Source: Vicinamibacterales bacterium (GTDB taxonomy: Bacteria; Acidobacteriota; Vicinamibacteria; Vicinamibacterales; CAVVIG01). Taken from it: DNA of 56,867 nt. Shown here one piece after another: positions 1 through 16,767 of this stretch. Position 1 is the stretch's first letter. Each line of letters begins with the position of its first letter. The notes below the pieces were generated by a model, which was not told the DNA's origin, did not search any database, and saw nothing but the letters and a program-made list of their open reading frames with translations. The stretch is taken from NCBI GenBank assembly GCA_040081555.1, contig JBEBGG010000004.1:1-56867 (forward strand). Direction: 5' to 3'. Made by a program: the position numbers and the translations under genes.

Positions 1-1142
1 ACCGAAGAGGGTGAGACCGCAACCGGCTGCAACGACGCCGGCGATGATTCCGGCACGCGACCGCGCGAAAGATAAAACCCGGCGCCAACCACGAAGGCCG
101 CCACGACCAGACCGACACCCAGCCAGGGGAGCCGTCCAGACGACGTGGCACTGCTCGCCGATACTGCTCTCGTCTGCGCCGAGTCGCCGATTGGGACGCT
201 CGTCGTCGTGCGTGCGCCTGAGCTCTGACGAGCACCGACCCCGGACAATGACACCGTCACAGCACCAGTCCGGGCTACGGCCGACGCCCCTGACTCGAGG
301 TCCCGCTTGACGCGCCTGAGGTCGGCGCGCAGGCCGGCCGCCTCCTGATAGCGCAGCTCGCGGTCTTTCTCGAGGCAGTTATTGATCACATCCTGCAACC
401 GCGCCGGCACGTCAGGATTGAGCGCGACCGGTGCGGTCGGTGCTTGCGTCAGGATCTGCGAGAACACGACCGCGGACGTCTTCCCCTTGAACGGCTGATG
501 CCCGGTGACGCACTCGTAGAGCACCACCCCCAGGGCAAAGAGATCGGTCCGCCCATCGAGGTCTTCGCCCTGCACCTGCTCTGGCGACATGTAGGCCACG
601 GTGCCCATGGCCACGCCGGCGGCCGTCTGGTCGATGGTCGGCGCGAGGGTCATCTGCGTGCCAAGCTCTCGGTTGACCAACTTGGCGAGCCCGAAGTCGA
701 GAACCTTGATCTGGCCGCGATCAACAACGAACAAGTTCGCGGGCTTGATGTCGCGATGGATGATGTGTTGCCCATGCGCGCAGTCGAGCGCATCGGCCAC
801 CTGGATGCCGACGTCGATCGCCTCGTGCATCTTGAGAGGCTTGGTCGCGATCCGGTCGCGCAGCGTTTGTCCCTTCAGCAACTCCATCACGATGAACGGG
901 CGGCCTTCGTGCTCGCCGACGTCGTAGATCGTGCAGATGTTCGGATGGTTCAGCCCCGACGCGGTCCGCGCTTCGCTGCGAAGGCGCTCGAGCGCCTTGA
1001 GGTCATTCGCGAACTCCTCGGGCACGAACTTGATCGCCACCGGACGGCCGAGACGGGGGTCGACGCCTTCATAGACGACACCCATGCCGCCGACGCCGAG
1101 TTGGCTGATGATCCGATAGTGCGAAAGAGTCTGACCGAGCAT
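1..1142 (-). CDS. Hanks-type Ser/Thr protein kinase with a transmembrane helix; C-terminal part runs off the left edge of the window (absent from the ORF track)
   Basis: Translated by hand from ATG at 1142: MLGQTLSHYRIISQLGVGGMGVVY...VAIK...HRDIKPAN...DFGLAK...GTVAYMSPEQ, then a Ser/Ala-rich linker and hydrophobic LPWLGVGLVVAAFVVGAGFYL. No stop seen in the segments translated. Confidence 0.93.
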   Translation of the reverse strand, partial: MLGQTLSHYRIISQLGVGGMGVVYEGVDPRLGRPVAIKFVPEEFANDLKALERLRSEARTASGLNHPNICTIYDVGEHEGRPFIVMELLKGQTLRDRIATKPLKMHEAIDVGIQVADALDCAHGQHIIHRDIKPANLFVVDRGQIKVLDFGLAKLVNRELGTQMTLAPTIDQTAAGVAMGTVAYMSPEQVQGEDLDGRTDLFALGVVLYECVTGHQPFKGKTSAVVFSQILTQAPTAPVALNPDVPARLQDVINNCLEKDRELRYQEAAGLRADLRRVKRDLESGASAVARTGAVTVSLSGVGARQSSGARTTTSVPIGDSAQTRAVSASSATSSGRLPWLGVGLVVAAFVVGAGFYLSRGRVPESSPASLQPVAVSPSS

Positions 1143-1195
1143 TCAGGGAATCACGAGATTCTAGTGCAGAAGGACACGGCCCGCCCTCACCTCAA

Positions 1196-2815
1196 TCAGA
1201 ACCGAGACGACCGGATCCATGTGTCGGAGCGAGACCAGCTGGCGGTGAGGTCGTCGTCGACCGATTTGTCGGCCTTGTTCTGTCCGGTCAACGCCTGCTG
1301 CAGCCCCAGAAGCGACCAGCCATTGTGCGGATGATGGCGCAGCTCCGCGCGATAGACGCGTTCGGCGTCGGCAAAGCGTTTGGCCTCGAGCAATGCCGCG
1401 CCCAGCCAATGACTTGCCGAGAACGGCAATGGCTCCGGCTCGTCATAGGTCAATGCTTCCTGGGCATCTGCCGCCATCTGGAAGACCGAAATCGCACCGG
1501 GCAGGTCGCCAGCCATCCGCTTCATTTCGCCGTCAAGCACTCCAGCAACGACACCAAGCAAGTCCTTGGCAGCCGTGACTCGAAAGACCGCGTTTGATGT
1601 CTCGGCAGCGCGGCGAACGCGGTCGAGATAGACCCGGGCAAAATCAGCCTGCCCCTGTTTCAGATTCGCGTAGCCCTGTGCGAAGTCCCAGAGTCCTCCT
1701 TGCAGTTCTGGCTTCGGACGGTTGGTCACCGCGAGTACTTCGTCAAAGCGACCGAAACGAATCAGCGTCAGCACTTCGTAGAACGACTCGCCGGTGAGCT
1801 TGGCATAGTCCTTCCCGGCGCGCATGGCGATGGCACCCTGGCCGTCGTACGACGCGGCGTAGAGCAGCATGTGCAGGTTGTGTTCGGGATAAATTGCGAA
1901 CCCTTCACCGATCGACGCCTTCAGGTCGGAATGCCACGCCTCGAGATTTGCTCGGACGGAATCGCCCCATCGACCCACTTCGTTCCAGGTGTGCGACGGC
2001 ATGTGGTTGATGTGACTCGCACCGGGAATCGACCGGCCGAGAAACTCCGCACACGCCTGAGCGCGGCCAGGCACGATGGTGGACTCGGTGGCGTGCACGT
2101 AGAGGTGGCATGCACCCGGATGGTGCACATCGCGCGACAACACGCTCTCGAGCACCTGATGGAGACGCTTCACGTTGGGGGCGTCGATATCGCGCCTTCC
2201 CCGGCGTGGCTCGAGCAGGAACAGAGCGTCGGCATACAACGTCACGACCTCGAGGTCGTCGGGAAACTGCTCGGACGCCTTGCGCATCGCCTCCGCATAG
2301 GCGCGGTCCTGATCGACTCGCTTCGCCGCATCGAACGTGCTCACGTAGCGCGAGGCCATGGCCTCGATGAGCACGCGCTCCTTGGCGTCGGCGTGGCTCT
2401 CGAGGCTGAGCGCCTTCTGAATCGCCGCGTAGGCATGCGGCGCCTCTTCCGCCGTCATCGGCGCATTGAGATACGACCCCCACGCCCAGGCTTCGCCCCA
2501 ATAGCAGATGGCGCAGTCCCCATCGCGCTTCCACGCCTCGCGAAACGAGCGCACCGCCTCCGCCTTGGCGAAGGCGTACATCATCTGAAAGCCCTGGTTG
2601 AAGTACGCCTGCGCCTCCGCGTCCTTGGTCGAGATCGGCTTCTTGAATTCGCCCAGGCCGGTCTTGTAGAACTGAATGGGATCGGTATATCGCTCGAACA
2701 CCGACCGCGTGGCGGGCGTCGTCTGCGCAACAGCCCTGTCGGCTGCAACGTGACACAAGACCACGCACCACAGCCCTACCAACGCGAGCCAGCGAGCCTG
2801 TCTGAACTCTCTCAC
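1196..2815 (-). CDS. Secreted TPR-like helical-repeat protein with a His-rich motif cluster, function unknown
   Basis: ORF 1196..2956. Likely start is GTG 2815 (GAGG upstream), giving a signal-peptide-like N-terminus (MREFRQARWLALVGLW...AVAQ). TPR-like A/Y/L spacing; motifs HPGACHLYVH, HINHMPSH and EHNLH. Confidence 0.8.
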   Translation of the reverse strand: MREFRQARWLALVGLWCVVLCHVAADRAVAQTTPATRSVFERYTDPIQFYKTGLGEFKKPISTKDAEAQAYFNQGFQMMYAFAKAEAVRSFREAWKRDGDCAICYWGEAWAWGSYLNAPMTAEEAPHAYAAIQKALSLESHADAKERVLIEAMASRYVSTFDAAKRVDQDRAYAEAMRKASEQFPDDLEVVTLYADALFLLEPRRGRRDIDAPNVKRLHQVLESVLSRDVHHPGACHLYVHATESTIVPGRAQACAEFLGRSIPGASHINHMPSHTWNEVGRWGDSVRANLEAWHSDLKASIGEGFAIYPEHNLHMLLYAASYDGQGAIAMRAGKDYAKLTGESFYEVLTLIRFGRFDEVLAVTNRPKPELQGGLWDFAQGYANLKQGQADFARVYLDRVRRAAETSNAVFRVTAAKDLLGVVAGVLDGEMKRMAGDLPGAISVFQMAADAQEALTYDEPEPLPFSASHWLGAALLEAKRFADAERVYRAELRHHPHNGWSLLGLQQALTGQNKADKSVDDDLTASWSRSDTWIRSSRF

Positions 2816-3005
2816 GCCCCACCTCGAATCCGGACCCGTGACACCTCTCGCAACGTGGCACCTCTGGACACCCACGGCACCCCGGAATGATACGCCCGAC
2901 TCTTGGCTCTCCTCCACGCCTGAAGGGCCGGCTGATGAGAACGGGCCGCACGACACCCGAGGCGTCCGGCGAAGGGCCGGGCAGAGGGTGAGCTACAGTT
3001 CCTGC

Positions 3006-3938
3006 GTGGAGCGAACGATCACGGCGGACCGCGGCGACGGGGGACTCCGGATTGATCTCGTGCTCAGGCGCCATCTTGCTGGCGCCGAGGCCGCGACCCG
3101 CACTCAGCTGCAGGCGTGGATTGCCGAAGGGCGCGTGCGCATCAACGGCCTGATCGTACATCGCGTCGCGGCGCGCACCATGGCGGGCGATGTCGTCACC
3201 GTCACCCTGCCGGCCATGGCAGAGCGCGTTGTCATGGAGGCCGAGCCTCTCCCACTTCAGATCCTCCATGAGGACGCTGACCTCCTGGTTCTCAACAAGC
3301 CCACCGGCATCGTGGTCCATCCGACGTACGGTCACCAGACCCAGACCCTCATGAATGGCCTGCTGTGGCTCGCTCGAGACTGGCCAGAGGGCGACCGTCC
3401 GTCCATCGTCGGACGCCTGGACAAGCAGACATCAGGCCTCGTGGTCGTCGCCAAGCGAGCCGATGTGCATGCGACGCTTCAGCGCTCCATGGCCAGCACC
3501 GGAAGCGAGAAGCAATACCTGGCGGTCGTGTATGGCCGACCGCCGGAAGGACCACTGACCATCGACCTCAAGCTGGCTCGCGACCCGAAAGACCGTCGAC
3601 GCGTGGTGGCTTCCTCGACGGAGGGTTCGGCCTCGCGGACCATCGTGGCAACGATTGCGGCGGCTGAGCACGATGGTGACTGGGTTTCCCTGGTGCGTTG
3701 CCGACTGCTGACCGGCAGGATGCATCAGATTCGCGTGCATCTAGCGGCCTCGGGCTGGCCCATCGCGGGCGATACGAAGTACGGAAGGCCGATGGCTGGC
3801 ATCGAGCGTCAGGCCCTGCATGCCTGTCGCGTATCGATGCCTCACCCGAGCACCGGCCTGCGGCTCACGATCGACGCGCCGCTGCCGCCCGACATTCAGG
3901 GCATCGTCGACACACGCCTCGGCCCCGTCAGCCTTTGA
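3006..3938 (+). CDS. RluA-family (RluD-like) RNA pseudouridine synthase with N-terminal S4-like domain
   Basis: LNKPTGIVVHP, catalytic GRLDKQTSG, TGRMHQIRVH and QALHA motifs. Start placed at GTG 3006 rather than the ORF-track start at 2838. Confidence 0.92.
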   Translation: MERTITADRGDGGLRIDLVLRRHLAGAEAATRTQLQAWIAEGRVRINGLIVHRVAARTMAGDVVTVTLPAMAERVVMEAEPLPLQILHEDADLLVLNKPTGIVVHPTYGHQTQTLMNGLLWLARDWPEGDRPSIVGRLDKQTSGLVVVAKRADVHATLQRSMASTGSEKQYLAVVYGRPPEGPLTIDLKLARDPKDRRRVVASSTEGSASRTIVATIAAAEHDGDWVSLVRCRLLTGRMHQIRVHLAASGWPIAGDTKYGRPMAGIERQALHACRVSMPHPSTGLRLTIDAPLPPDIQGIVDTRLGPVSL

Positions 3939-4275
3939 CGGCGAAGCCCTTCTTGGTGAGATGGGGGCGCAACCGCTCACGGTGGTCGCCTTGCAGTTCA
4001 ATCGCGCCATCTTTCACGGCGCCACCGGTCCCGCAGAACTGCTTGAGCTCCGTCACCAGCTGCTTGAGGAAGGCCGCGTTGTTTGGGAGCCCGTCGACAA
4101 CGGTGACCGTCTTGCCGCCTCGACCTGACTTCTCCATGCGCAGCTTGGCGACGACGCGGGCGGGCACCGACTCGGTCGCGCGCGCGCTGCTACAGACGCA
4201 TTGCTTTGCCGGCCAGCCACAGCGTGGACAGATTTCGCCTTTGTCTGTCGAATACACCGTTCGCCCGTCGGCCAT
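3928..4275 (-). CDS. yciH: SUI1/eIF1-like translation factor (YciH family)
   Basis: GRGGKTVTVVDGL, ELKQFCGTGGAV and IELQGDHR; N-terminal CPRC...CVC; GGAGG upstream of the ATG. Confidence 0.9.
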   Translation of the reverse strand: MADGRTVYSTDKGEICPRCGWPAKQCVCSSARATESVPARVVAKLRMEKSGRGGKTVTVVDGLPNNAAFLKQLVTELKQFCGTGGAVKDGAIELQGDHRERLRPHLTKKGFAVKG

Positions 4276-4412
4276 CAGCCTGCGTCCTCCGTCTCTGAAG
4301 TGCCTGTCAGTGCTGTGCGATCAATCAACGTGTCTGGACTCAGATGCCGAGGGCACGAATCCAGAATCGACGACCGGTCATGACCTGGGCGGCATCCTTC
4401 TACCCTCGAACG

Positions 4413-4447
4413 AAAAAAGGCGGCGGCTCCCCAAGGAACCGCCGCCC
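4413..4447 (-). terminator. Intrinsic terminator after rpoC
   Basis: Minus strand reads GGGCGGCGGTTCC-TTGG-GGAGCCGCCGCC-TTTTTT: GC stem plus U tract, downstream of the rpoC stop. Confidence 0.85.
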
Positions 4448-4514
4448 CACTGCCTATTGACTGCCTGTCGGCGGCCGGCGACTGACTACCGACCATCAAC
4501 CATGGACGGACGAA

Positions 4515-8738
<4,224 letters not shown>

Positions 8739-8742
8739 CGAT

Positions 8743-13035
<4,293 letters not shown>

Positions 13036-13073
13036 TCTTTGGACCTCGAAGAGAAAATCCGCGCGCTACCTAA

Positions 13074-13142
13074 AAGGCTGTAGGCCTTAGGCTGCAGGCG
13101 CTGGGACGTGCCCAGCACCTAGAGCCCAAAGCCTAGAGACCT
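13074..13142. repeat. Inverted pair of degenerate 7-nt repeat arrays (hairpin) in the rplL-rpoB spacer
   Basis: AAGGCTG TAGGCCT TAGGCTG CAGGCGC TGGG-ACGTG-CCCA GCACCTA GAGCCCA AAGCCTA GAGACCT. Confidence 0.75.
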
Positions 13143-13173
13143 GTCTGACAAGTGCGGACGCCGAAGCGTCTCG

Positions 13174-13563
13174 CTACTTGACTTCGACCTTCGCGCCGAC
13201 CTCTTCGAACTTCTTCTTGATCGTGGCGGCCTCGTCCTTGCTCACGCCTTCCTTAATCGCCTTCGGGGCGCTCTCGACGAGGTCCTTGGCTTCCTTCAGA
13301 CCGAGGCTGGTGATCTCCCGAACCACCTTAATGACGTTGATCTTGTTGCCGCCAATATCGGTCAAGGTCACCGTGAACTCGGTCTTCTCTTCCGCTGGCG
13401 CCGCACCGCCGGCCGCACCACCACCCATCGGCATGCCCATCGGCATGGCTGCCGCAGCGGATACGCCGAGTTCGGATTCGAGAGTCTTCACGAGCTGCGA
13501 CAGCTCGAGCACGCTGATTCCCTTGATGTAGTCGACCACCTGCTGCTGCGTCACTTGGGACAT
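13174..13563 (-). CDS. rplL: 50S ribosomal protein L7/L12
   Basis: [33 protein letters not shown]. Confidence 0.99.
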   Translation of the reverse strand: MSQVTQQQVVDYIKGISVLELSQLVKTLESELGVSAAAAMPMGMPMGGGAAGGAAPAEEKTEFTVTLTDIGGNKINVIKVVREITSLGLKEAKDLVESAPKAIKEGVSKDEAATIKKKFEEVGAKVEVK

Positions 13564-13576
13564 TACTGTTCTCCTG

Positions 13577-13611
13577 CTGGCTCTGGGCTCTAGGCTTTCG
13601 GCTCTAGGCCT
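13577..13611. repeat. Degenerate 7-nt tandem array upstream of the rplL RBS
   Basis: CTGGCTC TGGGCTC TAGGCTT TCGGCTC TAGGCCT. Confidence 0.75.
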
Positions 13612-13668
13612 GTCTCTTGTTTCAATACCTTGGCAGCTCGCGGCTCACACCGAGAGGCCAACACCTAT

Positions 13669-14196
13669 CTACTGCTCGCTTCTCTTCTTCTCCGCTGCCG
13701 CCAACACGTTCATGAGATCACGTGGCGCAGCGTTCAGCACGCTGACAATCTGGACCATCGGCGCCTGCAGCACGAAGAGGAGCTTCGCGAGCAGTTCAGG
13801 TTTACCCGGCAATGACGCCAGCTCATTTACTTCGGCCGGCTGAATCGCTCGGCCCTGCACAACCGCCGCCTTGATGCTGATGGCTGGAGCAGTCTTGATG
13901 AAGGTGGTGAGTGTCTTGGCGAGCGCGACCGGATCGTTCTTCGTGTAGGCCACCGCGGTCGCACCCTCGAAGTACTTCTCGAGGACCTCAAACGCCGTGC
14001 CCTTGATCGCGCGCTTGGCGAGCGTGTTCTTGACGACCTTGTAACTGGCCTTGACGCCGCGCAGTTGGCGGCGGAGTTCGGTGACCTGCGGGACGTTCAG
14101 TCCCTTGTAGTCAACCAGGACCGCCGTCTGCGAGCCACCGAGCTCACCACTCAACGCCAGTAGTTCCGCGGCTTTGTCTGATTTAGTGACGGCCAT
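13669..14196 (-). CDS. rplJ: 50S ribosomal protein L10
   Basis: [27 protein letters not shown] and LASLP. Start overlaps the rplA stop (TAATG). Confidence 0.98.
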   Translation of the reverse strand: MAVTKSDKAAELLALSGELGGSQTAVLVDYKGLNVPQVTELRRQLRGVKASYKVVKNTLAKRAIKGTAFEVLEKYFEGATAVAYTKNDPVALAKTLTTFIKTAPAISIKAAVVQGRAIQPAEVNELASLPGKPELLAKLLFVLQAPMVQIVSVLNAAPRDLMNVLAAAEKKRSEQ

Positions 14197-14903
14197 TAGT
14201 GTTTCACCACCACGTCGATGTTCGTCGTGTCGATCCGGACACCGGGACCCATCGTCGACGACAACGTCACGCTTCTGAGGTACTTGCCTTTCGCGGCCGC
14301 CGGCTTCGCCTTGACAATGCTTTCAACAAGCGCAAGCGCATTGGCCACGAGCGAGTCGCTGGCAAACGAAATCTTACCGACCGGGGCGTGGATGATGCCG
14401 GTCTTGTCGACACGGAATTCCACCTTGCCCGCTTTGATTTCGAGAACGGCCTTGCGAATATCGGTCGAGACCGTGCCTGTCTTCGGGTTTGGCATCAGCC
14501 CGCGTGGGCCGAGCACCTTACCGAGGCGACCGACTGCGCGCATCATGTCCGGGGTGGCGACGACGGCATCGAAGTCGGTCCAACCTCCCATGATCTTCTC
14601 GACGATCTCTTCGCCGCCAACGAAGTCAGCCCCCGCTTCGGTCGCTTCCTTCTGCTTGTCGCCGCCAGCGATCGCCAGCACGCGCTTGGTCTTACCGAGG
14701 CCGTGCGGGAGGACCACGGTGCCACGCACCATCTGATCCGCATGCTTGGGGTCAACGCCGAGTCTGAGCGTCAACTCGACCGTCTCATCGAACTTCGCAA
14801 ACTTGACCTTCTGCACGAGCGGGATGGCATCTTCGATCGAGTAAAGCCGATCGATGGCCACCTGAGCCCGGGCAGCGGTGTATTTCTTGCCGTGCCTTCG
14901 CAT
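14196..14903 (-). CDS. rplA: 50S ribosomal protein L1
   Basis: [30 protein letters not shown] and SSTMGPG. Start placed at ATG 14903 (MRRHGKKY). Confidence 0.98.
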   Translation of the reverse strand: MRRHGKKYTAARAQVAIDRLYSIEDAIPLVQKVKFAKFDETVELTLRLGVDPKHADQMVRGTVVLPHGLGKTKRVLAIAGGDKQKEATEAGADFVGGEEIVEKIMGGWTDFDAVVATPDMMRAVGRLGKVLGPRGLMPNPKTGTVSTDIRKAVLEIKAGKVEFRVDKTGIIHAPVGKISFASDSLVANALALVESIVKAKPAAAKGKYLRSVTLSSTMGPGVRIDTTNIDVVVKH

Positions 14904-14912
14904 AGTACCTCT

Positions 14913-14943
14913 GTGGTGCAATCGAGCCTCCCGGCTCTCCCAC
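14913..14943 (-). promoter_or_regulatory. Candidate L1-binding autogenous operator directly upstream of rplA
   Basis: Minus strand GTGGGAG-AGCC-GGGA-GGCT-CGATTGCA-CCAC: outer GTGG/CCAC stem, GGAG internal loop and capping hairpin, 9 nt before the ATG. Resembles known L1 leaders by eye. Confidence 0.6.
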
Positions 14944-15017
14944 TCTATTGAAACGTGTCAGCAAGGAATGCGTCGACGGCCAAGGCCTTCTTCACGTCCC
15001 TACTGGCAGATCTCGTG

Positions 15018-15440
15018 TTATCCGACCACGTCCAGCCCCATCGAGCGGGCCGTGCCAGCCACCGTCCTGATGGCCGATTCAAGCGACTCGCAGTTGAGAT
15101 CCGGCATCTTCAACTTGGCGATGTCTTCCACCTGCTTGGCAGTCACCGTACCGACTTTGTTCTTGTTCGGCTCCGCAGACCCCTTCGCGATATTCGCGGC
15201 ACGCTTCAACAACACCGGCGCCGGCGGCGTCTTGGTGATGAAGCTGTAGGAGCGATCCGCGTACACCGTCACCACGACCGGGATGATGAGCCCCTCGTCC
15301 TTCGCGGTCTTGGCGTTGAAGTTCTTGCAGAAGTCCATGATGTTGACGCCCTGCGGACCGAGCGCGGTGCCGACAGGCGGCGCCGGCGTCGCCTTGCCGG
15401 CGGCAATCTGGAGCTTCACGAGTGCTTGGACTTTCTTCAT
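15018..15440 (-). CDS. rplK: 50S ribosomal protein L11
   Basis: [23 protein letters not shown] and GTARSMG. Confidence 0.99.
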   Translation of the reverse strand: MKKVQALVKLQIAAGKATPAPPVGTALGPQGVNIMDFCKNFNAKTAKDEGLIIPVVVTVYADRSYSFITKTPPAPVLLKRAANIAKGSAEPNKNKVGTVTAKQVEDIAKLKMPDLNCESLESAIRTVAGTARSMGLDVVG

Positions 15441-15467
15441 TGGCTTTTGACTCTAGGCTCTCGGAGA
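15440..15467. repeat. Degenerate 7-nt array abutting the rplK start
   Basis: TTGGCTT TTGACTC TAGGCTC TCGGAGA. Confidence 0.6.
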
Positions 15468-15471
15468 GCGA

Positions 15472-16038
15472 TTAAATTTTTTCGACCTGCAAGAAATCGA
15501 GTTCGACCGGGGTGGCGCGGCCGAAGATCGTCACCATCACCCTCAACGTGTTCTTGTCGAGATTCACATCCTCGACCGTTCCGTTGAAGCTGGTGAAGGG
15601 CCCTTCGTTGATCCGCACCTGCTCGCCCTTTTCGAACATGTATTTCGGCTTTGGCTTTTCCGACGCCGTTTTCACCTGTGTCAGGATTTGATCGACCTCG
15701 TCCTTGCTGAGTGGCGTCGGACGCGAGCCTGCACCAACGAATCCGGTGACTTTCGGCGTGTTCTTGACGACATGCCACGCCTCGTCCGACATCTCCATCT
15801 CAACGAGGATATAGCCTGGGAAGAACCGCTTCGACGTCACCACCTTGCGGCCGGCGCGCATCTCCACGACGTCCTCTGTAGGGATCAACACCTCGCCGAT
15901 CTTGCCCTGGAGTCCGTAGGCCCGCACTCGTTCCTGCAGCGACTCGGACACCTTCTTCTCGAAGCCGGAGTAGGTGTGGACGATGTACCACTTCTTATCC
16001 GCGTCAGCGGCCGGCTCGACCTGGCTCATCTCGCTCAT
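15472..16038 (-). CDS. nusG: Transcription termination/antitermination factor NusG
   Basis: [34 protein letters not shown] and KOW-domain [15 protein letters not shown] 16038 overlaps the secE stop (ATGA). Confidence 0.98.
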   Translation of the reverse strand: MSEMSQVEPAADADKKWYIVHTYSGFEKKVSESLQERVRAYGLQGKIGEVLIPTEDVVEMRAGRKVVTSKRFFPGYILVEMEMSDEAWHVVKNTPKVTGFVGAGSRPTPLSKDEVDQILTQVKTASEKPKPKYMFEKGEQVRINEGPFTSFNGTVEDVNLDKNTLRVMVTIFGRATPVELDFLQVEKI

Positions 16039-16280
16039 GCTCCACCGAATGTGCGGAAGATCCACGAGACGATCGCGTCAATCCCGTAATCGAGGACAAA
16101 CAAGTACAACCCGAAGAAGATCGACGTCAAAATAACGACGACGGTCGTCGCGTAGACTTCCTTCCGGGACGGCCAGGTTACGCGCTTCAGCTCATTGCGA
16201 ACTTCACTCAGGAAGACCCGCATCCGCTCGAAGCGGCCACCGGCGGCCTCTCGAACTGTCTCGAGCGTGGTATCAGACAT
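16035..16280 (-). CDS. secE: Preprotein translocase subunit SecE
   Basis: [19 protein letters not shown] followed by one transmembrane helix; position before nusG. Confidence 0.97.
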   Translation of the reverse strand: MSDTTLETVREAAGGRFERMRVFLSEVRNELKRVTWPSRKEVYATTVVVILTSIFFGLYLFVLDYGIDAIVSWIFRTFGGA

Positions 16281-16292
16281 CACTAAATCCTT

Positions 16293-16410
16293 GAATCTGG
16301 CGATTGGGTCATGTGGCTATCGGGTCATGTCTTGTGCGCTCTTCGAGCCGTTCACCTGCCGAAGCCGCACAGACATGAGCAAGTAACCACAGGCCTCGAT
16401 CACCAGATTC
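16293..16410. repeat. Long imperfect hairpin with 8-nt-periodic arms between tRNA-Trp and secE
   Basis: Left arm GAATCTGG CGATTGGG TCATGTGG CTATCGGG TCATGTC. Reverse complement of the right arm is GAATCTGG TGATCGAG GCCTGTGG TTACTTGC TCATGTC. Confidence 0.7.
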
Positions 16411-16423
16411 TCATCTCACTGAG

Positions 16424-16499
16424 TGGCAGGACAGGAGGGAATCGAACCCCCAACCCCCGGTTTTGGAGACCGGTGCTCTGCCAATTGAGCTACTGTCCT
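16424..16499 (-). tRNA. tRNA-Trp(CCA)
   Basis: AGGACAGTAGCTCAATTGGCAGAGCACCGGTCTCCAAAACCGG...GGTTCGATTCCCTCCTGTCCTGCCA; anticodon CCA, encoded 3' CCA. Confidence 0.97.
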
Positions 16500-16510
16500 A
16501 CACCGATTCG

Positions 16511-16660
16511 TTACTTCGTCTCTTTATGCGCCGTGTGCTTGCGGCAGAAGCGACAGTACTTGCTGAACTCCAGCCGGTCGGTCGTCTTCTTCTTGTTCTT
16601 CGTCGAGCTGTAGTTGCGGCGCTTACAGTCGCCACATGCAAACGCGATGATGTCTCTCAT
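16511..16660 (-). CDS. rpmG: 50S ribosomal protein L33, zinc-binding (C+) form; too short for the ORF track
   Basis: [49 protein letters not shown]. Confidence 0.97.
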   Translation of the reverse strand: MRDIIAFACGDCKRRNYSSTKNKKKTTDRLEFSKYCRFCRKHTAHKETK

Positions 16661-16669
16661 GGTTCCCTG

Positions 16670-16697
16670 CAGGCTATAGGCGCCAGGCTTTTGGGCC
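16670..16697. repeat. Degenerate 7-nt array upstream of the rpmG RBS
   Basis: CAGGCTA TAGGCGC CAGGCTT TTGGGCC. A separate 9-bp perfect hairpin lies at 16725-16749. Confidence 0.65.
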
Positions 16698-16767
16698 CTA
16701 CACCTGAACGCATCGGACTCCCGAACGCTGAGCTCTTCAAGCTCAGCGTCCAGAGCCCAACACCCTC

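Noticed and set aside
444-1334. 296-aa plus-strand ORF and the other long antisense ORFs (e.g. 1700-2890, 11188-12360, 16993-18021, 39667-40896)
   Set aside because: Shadow frames of well-supported minus-strand genes in GC-rich DNA; no recognisable motifs.
2920-2982. CTGATGAG...CGAAG with a repeated GAAGGGCCGG, resembling a hammerhead core or fluoride riboswitch
   Set aside because: It has GAAG rather than GAAA, I could not build the required stems, and no relevant downstream gene is present.
13074-16697. Periodic intergenic repeats as CRISPR or IS remnants
   Set aside because: Units are 7-8 nt with no unique spacers, no cas genes, no terminal inverted repeats and no transposase in the window.
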